A stretch of 44,134 bases of DNA from Schmidtea nova (lineage: Eukaryota), in contig CM097882.1 in NCBI GenBank assembly GCA_044892505.1, positions 454,708,001-454,752,134 on the forward strand. The letters run 5' to 3'. Below are positions 34,960 through 44,134 of this stretch, piece by piece. Every line of letters starts with the position of its first letter. The stretch's first letter is position 1. A program made the position numbers and the translations under genes. Under the pieces are notes generated by a model. That model saw only the letters and a program-made list of their open reading frames with translations. It was not told the DNA's origin and did no database searches.

Positions 34960-36345
34960 AATTTTATATTTAAAAATTACCAACTCTGAGTTTGCCAAAA
35001 TATTTCATGCTTATTTTTTAAAATTTTCCATATTATGTCATTTTAACTGTCAGTTTGCCTTAATTTTACCCTTTTTTATAAAATTTTAAATATTGCATCA
35101 TTCAACTCTGACTTTGCTTTAATTTTACCCTTTTTTATAAAATTTTAAATATTGCATCATTTAACTCTGACTTTGCTTTAATTTTACCCTTTTTTTATTA
35201 AATTTTAAATATTATGTCATTCTTTTATCTTTGTAAAATTATCCATGTTTTATTGCCTATTTAATTTAACCATTTAAATCTATTTATCATTTTTCTAAAT
35301 TTACATGTGTTTTTATTTATCATAAAAATCTCTTAAAAATTTCAGTATAAAAAAGTTTATTGAATTTAATTTAAGATTTTATAAAAATTTAAATTGTATA
35401 AAATATTTTATTCTAAAAAATTTTACTTTGAAAAATTTAGTTTAAAAATTTTACTTTTAAATTACCAACTCCGAGATTTCCCAAGAAATTTCGTACTTAT
35501 TTTTAAATTTTTCATATTATGTCATTTCAACTCTGACTTTGCCTTAATTTTACCCTTTTTTATTAAATTTTAAATATTATGTCATTCTTTTGTTTTTGTA
35601 AAATTCTCCGTGTTTTATTGCCTATTTAATTTAATCACGTGTTTAAAACCCTTTTCTTAAATCTTTATTTAAGATTTCTGTTCAAAATTACCAGAGTCCC
35701 TTTTTGCCATAGAAATTGTGGGAATTAAAAATCCTATTCAAAATAATTTCAATCTATTTTACTAGTTTAAAATAATTTACACGTGTTTTTATTTACTATA
35801 AAAATTTCAGTTCAAAATTACCAGAGTCCTTTTTTGGCATAGAAAAATATGGGAGTAGAAAATCCTATTCAAAAAATCCAGACCAAAATCCTGTACAAAA
35901 ATACCAGACTAAAAATCCTATTCAAAAAATCCAGACCAAAATCCTGTACAAAAATACCAGACTAAAAATCCTATACAAAAATACCAGACCAAAAATCCCT
36001 GTACAAAGTTTCAGAGTCCCTTTTTGCCCGAAAGAAATCTGGGAGTAGAAAATCCTATACAAAAGATCGACCCAAAATTCCCTATTCAAAATAACCAGAC
36101 CAAAAATCCTATTCAAAAATACCAGACCAAAAATCCTATACAAAATCCCTGTACAAAAATCCAGAGTCTCTTTTTGCCCGAGAAAAAATATGGGAGTAGA
36201 AAATCCTATTCAAAAGATCGACAAAAATTTCCTATACAAAAGATTGACCAAAAAACATAGTGGCTTTCGAGGCCACCTGTACAAAAGACCGACAAAAATT
36301 TTCCTATACAAAAGATCGACCAAAAAACATAGTGGCTTTCTAACT
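34960..36345. repeat. Hierarchical tandem-repeat region (about 60-bp units, about 480-bp duplication, then 22-23-bp AAAAATCCTATTCAAAAAATCCAGACC-type units)
   Basis: Units are visible directly at 35030-35215, 35455-35600 and 35860-36330. Confidence 0.8.
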
Positions 36346-37102
36346 CACTTTTTTCTAGGGGGGTGGGTAGAATTTTGAAATGGCCCGGGGAGCCATTAAC
36401 TACCTACTCATGTGTACACACATATTTGTGGCATGTAGTCAAATGCACTGATCAGACCGATATATGGATATATTTATATCTGTCAAATATACACGCAAGT
36501 CACGTAAAGATTAACTGTTTATAGTAGATAGCATTTAGATACGGTGTAATATAACAATAATAACTGTTAGAAATGTTAAAAATATTCATTATTAGTTAAG
36601 TTAATCTAAAATCTGTATGATAATTATAATAAATTCAGCAATTGACAATAATTTAGAAGTCATCTTGATGTTAATTAACGTAAAACCAATAATAATAATC
36701 CATGGCACCTCCACAAATGGTTTTAGGGACAATAGCGAAGAGAATGAATAGAAACAATGTCTGTCTTCTTTCTTATGATAAAACTGTTGATATCAATAAT
36801 AATAACCTTGACTATCATAATAATAAAACAATAATACTAATATCCCAAGTGTTAAACATAATAGAATTCCTTATAGATTCCGATAATCATTTTGATGACA
36901 ATGACAATCATTATAATAAAAATTCTAATATTCTTTATTTTGTTGATATAATCCCCCTCCCTTTAAAAGGAAAGAGTTGAAAATAAAATGTCTATAATAA
37001 AAGATTTGAAATGGAAATCAATAAAAAGAATATTAAACAAAAAAACTTAAAGCCGGATTTTAAAAATAACAATCTTTGAATTATGTTGTTATTATTGTTA
37101 CT

Positions 37103-37562
37103 CAGAGGCGTAACTAGGGTATGACAGGCATGGCACGTGCCATGGGCACCAACTGAGGAGGCGCGAAAAAGCGCTTAACGTATAAATACGCAAATGAAAA
37201 TAAAAAAAAATTTATATCGTGGTTTCTATTGCCAGTTGCGAAAGATCATTTAGCAAATTAAAATTGATACTTTCATATTTGAGAGCCTCGATGGGCCAAA
37301 GTCGATTATGTGATCTTGCTTTACTTACCATAGAACGAGAAATGACCGAAGAAATTGACTTTGACAATATAATTAAACAATTTGAGTCAGTTAAAGCAAG
37401 AAAAATAAATTTGTAATAGAGTGTTAATAGATTTAACTTGTGTGCTTTTTTTATTCAATTCTAAAGTAGTTTTTTAGAAAAAAAACGCATTTAACCTATC
37501 GTCGGGGAGGGGCGCAAGATAAGTGTTTGCCATAGATGCCATTTACCCTAGGTACGCCGCTG
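37103..37562 (+). mobile_element. Internally deleted hAT element (460 bp)
   Basis: 19-bp TIRs CAGAGGCGTAACTAGGGTA / CAGCGGCGTACCTAGGGTA; 8-bp TSD TTGTTACT / TTGATACT (7 of 8 match). Confidence 0.88.
37219..37416 (+). pseudogene. hAT C-terminal dimerisation-domain fragment
   Basis: SCERSFSKLKLILSYLRASMGQSRLCDLALLTIE...KARK; track start is GTG, not ATG. Confidence 0.85.
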
Positions 37563-38642
37563 TTGATACTAACAATAGCAATTTTGGTTTTGGTTTCTTG
37601 TTAATATTTTTTGTTTATTTTTTGTTTATTTTTAATCAATCAACAACATTACAATAAAATGATAAAAAATGTAATTTAATTTTGTTCGTAGGCCCTAGGC
37701 ACAGTGCCTACTGGATATAACGGCCTTGATTGTTAGAGATTGTTGTGTATATCAATATGATTTATTGAATCCAGCAGTCTCCTCTAAAATTTGTTTTGGG
37801 ACAGTTGGGTTGATTGTGTGTAATATATTCTTGTATATTTGTGAACATAATATATTTTATAAAAATCAGCGAACAATAATTCCATTTAAAAACATTTTAT
37901 TAAATTTAAAACCAAATAAAAAATATAAATTCATAGATTGTCATTTTTGATATCTGGCTATCTATTTTTTCATTTAATATTTTATATCGACTTTTAATTA
38001 AAATTTTAAAAGTTTTTCAATCTCTATAGTTCGTGTTTTACTTTAGACATTAAATCTTTAGCTCTTAACAAAATAAAGAACATTACAATAATAGTCAAAA
38101 TTATGTTCATGATTTTACAGAATAAGGATCATAAGGGTAGCATTCATATAAACTTCATGATCCATGCAATATTTGGTTGGATATATTGCATACACCCAAA
38201 AAATTAAAATTGACTTAAATCCGGACAAATATTGTATAATTTTTAAGCTAGGGGAAATTTATGCAAACTATAGAACAAAGATTCACTTATCTTCACTTTT
38301 GTCTTATTTTCATACTCTTTAATTAAATGCAACAAAAGAAACATTTACTTGATTTCGGTGAAAATGCATCAGAAGAATTTGTTGATTGTTTTTTATCTTC
38401 CTAATTAAAATTTAAATATTAAGAAAGAGAAGAAAATTTGATAAAAATGTTAAGTTAGTGCTGTCTTTCTCAACCAAAGCGCCGTCACACATAAGTGTGC
38501 CGACCAATCCTTTTTAAGTGTGCCATAAAACATTATTACACCGATTTTCAACGTTTAAAAGAAACTATGATACAAGTAAGTGTGTACAACTACTCGTTAC
38601 TCATAGTTACTTTTAATTTGAATTCATTTAGTCATTTAGTTT

Positions 38643-39662
38643 TGTTGAGGATACCTAAATTAGAAATAATATAATAAATAAACAAAATTACTTGGGGGAA
38701 AATCTTCATGGGGAATGACACGATTGATAGGAGCTTGGGAAAGAAAACGGGAATAAAAACGAATGAGAAATGAGGAAGGGAAACAAAAGAAAAGAAATCA
38801 GACAAGGAAAATGAAAAAGAGGTCAGCACTAATTAATTAGTGCAAACAGGAAGAAATTCTAAAGTTGGGAAAAACAAAAAACAACAACAATTTTATCTCG
38901 ACAACCGGTCAGAGATAATGTGGGTAAAAATCAAACAAGCCGGAGCGGCAAAAAGGAAACAGAGATTATCTTGACGGCTGTCAGAGATAACTCCGTTGCT
39001 GAAAAAAATGAATGGGAAATTATGTTGGAATAAAATGGAATAACAAGTGATAATATTAAATGCCACAAAGTGAAGAGATATAAAAGGAGAAACACAGCAG
39101 AAGCGATCAGAAGTTTGGCCAGGAGTTTCAGAAAAATTTAGAGAGAAGTTTTGACAGAATTAGAGAGAGAAGTTTAGAGAGCAGAATATAATAATCAGAA
39201 GTTTGACAGAAGATTTAAGAAAATACCGAGGAAATTATTGGAGAGATTGAAAGATTGTGTGAAGCCAGAGGAAACTGAAAGAGAATAAAATAAAGGACGT
39301 GACAGAAAATTGAGTGAAACCCTTTTTCATCGATTAATAATAGAATAAAACTCAACCAGTAAACCCAAGTCAAACCCAGAAAACAACCAGCCAGATTATC
39401 AATTGTTATACCCCTCAGTGGTGAGTGATCGTTCGACCCAAGATTTTACAAAGTGCTATTCTTCACCATCATGTCGTAATAAGCACCGTATCGTCAGTTG
39501 TTGGTCTGTTGATTTTGGTCAATTCAGTGTTAAAGAAATATTTGTAATATTCAATAAAGTTTCCAGTGTTAATTGTTATTGTGGTCAATTAAAAGGCACG
39601 CTTGGAGTCAGATATTTGATTGGTAACTTTTACCATTTCACCAACAAACCCAGGACCCAACA
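38643..39662 (+). mobile_element. Solo LTR, family A (1020 bp)
   Basis: TGTTGAG...CCCAACA ends; near-TSD GTTT/TTTT; TATAAAAG near 39079 followed by ATCAGAAGTT; AATAAA near 39284; homologous to 893-1774 at both ends. Confidence 0.8.
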
Positions 39663-39739
39663 TTTTTAATTAGACATTTTTTAAAAATGGCTATCAGGTA
39701 TTTTTATTTATCTAGATATCTTTTAATGGTCCTATTAAT

Positions 39740-39823
39740 CGTGTGCGCAATACTATCTGTGGGCAATTTTCTGTGGGCAATTTTCGTGTGGGCATTTTTC
39801 GTGTGGGCAATAATCCGATCACG
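39740..39823. repeat. Short CGTG...CACG-bounded array of 14-16-bp TGTGGGCAATTTT units
   Basis: Four to five copies visible. Confidence 0.7.
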
Positions 39824-40054
39824 AATTTAAACTATGTTTTCAAAAGGTCAATCTTTTAAATTTATTATTTTATTTATTAATGGTAGTTAAAAGCATACCT
39901 TCTTAAATTTCTCTAAGTGCATCATAATACTTTCATATGCTCTGAAATGTATCATTGTTAAGAAAAGGTTAAGGAACACTTAGTGATATTACGTTCTGTA
40001 AATTGAATTTGTGGCTGTGGATGATTGATGTTTACTGGTGATGCGATAAATAAG

Positions 40055-40506
40055 TGTTGGGTTAATTATTTTGAGTTGGTTTATTATCTGACCCCTCGTG
40101 CTTCTATAATTGAAAATCACCAAAACCAAACACAATAAATTTTATTGAATTCCATAATTTACAAACGATAAATCAATACAATTTCTATTTTCTGCAAAAC
40201 ACTCTTCTTTATTCAAGCGAAAGGGGTAGATCTACCAAGGGCATATTGTTCTTTCTGGTGCGGTTCACGCTTTTAATTTGCTAATGTTGTTTTCCACACT
40301 GCGTTTAACTCACCAAATATGTTTTTTTTACTGCTCCCGATAATTATTTCGCTTCGGTTAACTGGCACTGGTTGTTGTTATGCGTCTCTTTTATAGTCTT
40401 CTAATAATAATATAATTAAATTTTACCACGATTTTCCATTAATTGTATTTTAGCTCTTGTAATCTAATTGTTCTGATGGAAAACAAGGTTAAATTAAATT
40501 AACCTA
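40055..40506 (-). mobile_element. Partial solo LTR, family B, interrupted by a hAT MITE
   Basis: TGTTGGG start, TTATCTGAC.CCT, CTTTCTGGTGCG and CTCTTTTATA blocks shared with 27853-28170; far end not resolved. Confidence 0.55.
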
Positions 40507-40514
40507 GGCATAAG

Positions 40515-40931
40515 CAGTGGCGTAACTTCATATTCTGGGCCCCCCTGCAAGATTTTCAAAATGGGCCCCCCTCCATACAGCCGATGACAATCTGATAGAC
40601 AATTTTATGTTTCAAATTATTGACTCACTGTTGAGGCATTTTAATGATTTTAATTTATGATATTTTATTTTATTATTAATTTGTAATCTTATGCCACTAC
40701 TAAAAATTGTTTTCGATTTGCATTAAAATTGATTAAATGTTATAAATGAAATGTTACTGAATATTACTGAGTATTACTGAATATTACTGAATGTTACTGA
40801 GTTTCGGTTTCCGGCTTTCTGCTGTGCATTTATTAATTAAAATAGTTCATTTTTTCAGGTTTGAAAATGGGCCCCCTTTTACCTGGGCCCCCCGCAGTTG
40901 CGGGCCCTGCGGGCCCATAGTTACGCTACTG
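40515..40931. mobile_element. hAT MITE (417 bp)
   Basis: TIRs CAGTGGCGTAAC / CAGTAGCGTAAC; perfect 8-bp TSD GGCATAAG; GGGCCC subterminal motifs; internal 5 x 10-bp repeat at 40751-40800. Confidence 0.92.
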
Positions 40932-41169
40932 GGCATAAGTATAATATCTGATTTCTTCTGAATTCCTTACTCTGGATTTCGGTACTTCTTTAATCATTAA
41001 TTTCTTGTCACCTTTCCTTATCTACATTGTCTTTTTACTTTGGACTCTATTGAAATATGCTGTCGAACTTTTAAATTCTGCTAGTTAAATAATACATAGT
41101 ATCATGCTATCAGTTTTGGACAACTCTTTTTAGTTCTTGCGTTCTAATTCAACAATTCATTATGTGTCG

Positions 41170-41560
41170 ATTGGATGTATATTTAAATATTTAATCATTC
41201 TCCGTAATCAAACACAGTTGCACACCTCCCTGAGTAGGAAGTGTCTGATGGAGGAGAATCCTAACTTAAAATCTCAGACTATGGAGAGAAGCCTTCCCTC
41301 CACTATCTGGTTTCTTAGCTGGTTCTGGTTCAGTGATTACAAAATGAAATTCTAGATTATCACGAATCCAATGCTCATCACTCATCTTACTGTCTTGCGA
41401 TCTGTATTTTGAGTGAAAAGAAAATGATGAACAAATTGCTGATTTCATAATAAACAAAAAATAAAACAATTTAAAATATTTGATAAAACCGTATCAGCTA
41501 ATCGTCTGCCAACTGGGGCATGATCCGGTAGTTCACAGCAATTCCCAGACATTCAATGCC
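41170..41560 (-). pseudogene. Very degraded non-LTR retrotransposon RT fragment
   Basis: Manual translation gives VNYRIMP (NYRPI-like) and LSIV*DFKLGFSSIRHFLL (D-x-x-KAFDS-x-x-H-like) in the expected order. Confidence 0.4.
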
Positions 41561-43021
41561 ATTGCCTATTAAGTGGGAGAATATTTCTAATGAGTACTGA
41601 ATGCTGACAAATTCAAGCTCATTCAAAATAACAATACGATTTTTCTCTAAGAAAATTTGCAATTATCCACGGTGAAATTGTCTTTTTGGTGCTATTTATA
41701 TCTTGTTTTTGTTTTGATTTTTTGATCGATTTAAACAAACCAAAATTTTGAATTATATTCTTTTTAATAACAAACCTAACAAAGAAAAATAAAATTTTGA
41801 AAATATTCATACAATTATTAATATGAAAATTATTGATTTAAATTTAAAGTAAATCTTTGATATTTTTTGATATTAATTTGATTAAAATTTAAATAAAATT
41901 TTTATTGCTCAAAGTTTTTCTAAATTCTTCCCTTTTACCGTATTTATTGGTTTGTTTGAAATTAATTTAAATTAATTCCTTTTTATTATTTTTCTATTTT
42001 AAACTGCTAGTCAAATTCTTCATTCGTTTTTTTTGTATTCTCTTATTATTATAAAATCGAAATGATTTTAATTTATTTTTATTTCTCTTAATATTTTTAA
42101 ATATTAATTAAATTATTTTTAATCGAATTTTATTTCTTCTTTTCATGAGTTTTTCATTGTATTCCTAAGTTTATTTTCATTCTTTTATTTACATATTTTG
42201 TGTAATACTTCTTGCTCTTATTTTAATTTTACATTTGATTTTGTTTTATTTAATTTTTTCCTATTGCGTGTTTTAGTATTTTTTAATTCGTTTTTTCTCC
42301 AGTGTTGTTTTCTTCTACTGTTGTGTAATTGCAGCATTTAAACAAAATTTTCAATAATTTCAGTTTTTGTCAGACTATATTACTTATATAAAATATATGA
42401 CTTACTTAGTTTGACATTGATCCATTTTTTTAATATTTGACCTACTTCATTTGACTTTAAAATGGCCTTAAATCGATCATTTTTGCCTTTGATTAAATTA
42501 CTTATCTAAATACATTTTAAATACAGAAATAATTTGAGATAAAAGACAAAATATTATTAACAATTCAGACTTCTCAAATGATGCTTCCCAGCAGGTGTAA
42601 AGAATATAGTTAATGACACTTGTTTATATTTTATGAAATTTTCTGATAAATATTTTCAATAAAAAATCTTTCTTAATTAAATGTGAAAATTTTTTTCCAA
42701 TAATGTGAATAAAAGTTTTTTTTCATATAAAATTTTTTATTAGCTAATTAATTAAATAAAATTTTAACCTTGATCTTCCAATCTTTCTCTAAATAGGAAT
42801 TCGGTTCCAATTATCACGGTAAAATCACCAGAACAAATAGTCTGAATAATCGAGATTTATCGTTGCTACATTTGATTGTGATTATATTATTTTATCAATA
42901 CATTAAAACAAAATAACTGACCAAATTGTATTATTTTAAAAACAGTTAAAATTAAATTGCTTTCAACAGAACTGTACAATGTTAACCGCCAAAAATGTGT
43001 TTGTATGTTATAAGAATTAGT

Positions 43022-43568
43022 TGTATATTTTAACTATGTAATTTTTAACTATGTATATTTTAACTATGTATATTTTAACTATGTATATTTTAACTATGTA
43101 TATTTAACTATGTATATTTTAACTACCTTATTTGCCGGTGTATAAGACCCCCCTCTAAACTTTACGGATATAAAAATGTAAAAAGTAAAATGTGTAAAAA
43201 TAATATAAAGAATTTTTTAAAAATTATTTTATTCATCGTAACAATCAACAAAATCATCACTTACATCAGTAAACTCTTCATTAATTTCTTGAAGCCCTCC
43301 GATGTACGATGATTCACTACATTCAAAGATTTCGCTGTCCTCATTCCCATCGAGAGAGTTACTAATACCACACTTCTTAAAAGAATTTTTTGTTCTAAAA
43401 ACTTGTTTTTTGCATCCGTTGTATAAGACCCCCCTTGATTTTTCGTCACTTAATATATGTAAAAAAGGGGATCTTTATACACCGGCAAATACGGTATGTA
43501 TTTTTAACTATGTATATTTTAACTATGTATATTTTAACTATGTATATTTAACTATGTATATTTAAACA
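43022..43568. repeat. 15-bp minisatellite (TGTATATTTTAACTA), about 12 units, split by a MITE
   Basis: Seven units to the left and about five to the right of 43126-43494. Confidence 0.9.
43126..43494 (-). mobile_element. Pogo-like (Tc1/mariner superfamily) deletion derivative, 369 bp
   Basis: TIRs CC(T/G)TATTTGCCGGTGTATAA; TA TSD; minus strand encodes FKKCGISNSLDGNEDSEIFE, the typical pogo transposase C-terminus. Confidence 0.85.
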
Positions 43569-44036
43569 ATGAACTCTGAAGTGAGAATCATAACAGGAGC
43601 ACCTGGCATTAAGAATATGAACTCCATATTAAGCTAACATAAAAAGTCATGCAAACAACATGAGTCGTAAGATGTCTAAAAAATTACCATTAATAATTAA
43701 TATATGAAAGTTATATAAAATTTGCATTTTTTTGAGAAATATATTTTTTACTATTGTAAAATATATTTATCAGCAAAGTCATTAATGATGCCAGAATTTA
43801 CATTGTTAACAATAAATTTAAGTAACATTTATTTTGTTCAAAAATTGCTTTCTGTTAAGATTAATCGCTAGTAGTACGTAGTGTCACATCTTTCCCACAT
43901 GACTTCCACTTAACCCTTTAAGTTCGGAACTAAATTTCATAAAAAATAAGGATATGTGTCAGTTATCCGTCAAAAAAAAGTTAAAGATATAATTGTGATT
44001 GTTTAAATATTTTTTATTTATTGTATTCGGACGGTC

Positions 44037-44134
44037 CGTGACTATTCAGTCCCGCCGTTTCAGTCCCGCCGATTCAGTCCCACCGATTCAGTCCTGGTCA
44101 AATCAGTCCCGACTGTTTCAGTACTGACCGTTTA
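44037..44134. repeat. Array of about 15-bp (A/T)TCAGTCCC units running off the window end
   Basis: Six copies visible after CGTG. Confidence 0.75.

Noticed and set aside
35860-36330. Regular short repeats as a CRISPR array (also 43022-43568 and 44037-44134)
   Set aside because: Units are adjacent and degenerate with no unique spacers; no cas genes; eukaryotic context.
36702-36980. 92-aa Asn/Asp-rich ORF with an ATG
   Set aside because: Explained by AAT-type low-complexity sequence.
43910-43984. TTAA-flanked piggyBac-like mini element
   Set aside because: Left end TTAACCCT fits, but the right end lacks GGG and the inverted match is poor.

Overview
Very AT-rich animal genomic DNA from a gapped scaffold assembly (three N gaps). 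A freshwater planarian-type flatworm is a guess from base composition and the transposon mix, not a demonstrated assignment. The window is mostly transposon-derived. The largest feature is a 9.76-kb tandem dimer of a compact Ty3/Gypsy LTR retrotransposon (LTR-int-LTR-int-LTR; period 4727 bp, 305-bp LTRs, 5-bp TSD TTCAC) inserted into a Penelope-like endonuclease remnant. Also present: four or five solo LTRs of one lineage, a second rearranged Gypsy fragment with an intact frameshift pseudoknot, a complete but inactivated Merlin transposon, several hAT and pogo remnants or MITEs, a LINE RT relic, two long perfect palindromes, and satellite-like arrays. Host-like coding pieces are the first exon of a neuropeptide (NPY/NPF-receptor-like) GPCR plus degraded or partial TMEM201/Ima1-like, importin-beta-like and TBP-like ORFs. 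Best leads: a stem-loop conserved in three diverged solo LTRs; two lesions shared by both Gypsy copies at pol domain boundaries; a fold-back-ended repeat family that may bracket a captured TMEM201 fragment; and a TBP-like plus Cys-rich ORF pair. No prokaryotic features, rRNA, tRNA or CRISPR arrays were supported. All alignments and translations outside the supplied track were done by eye.
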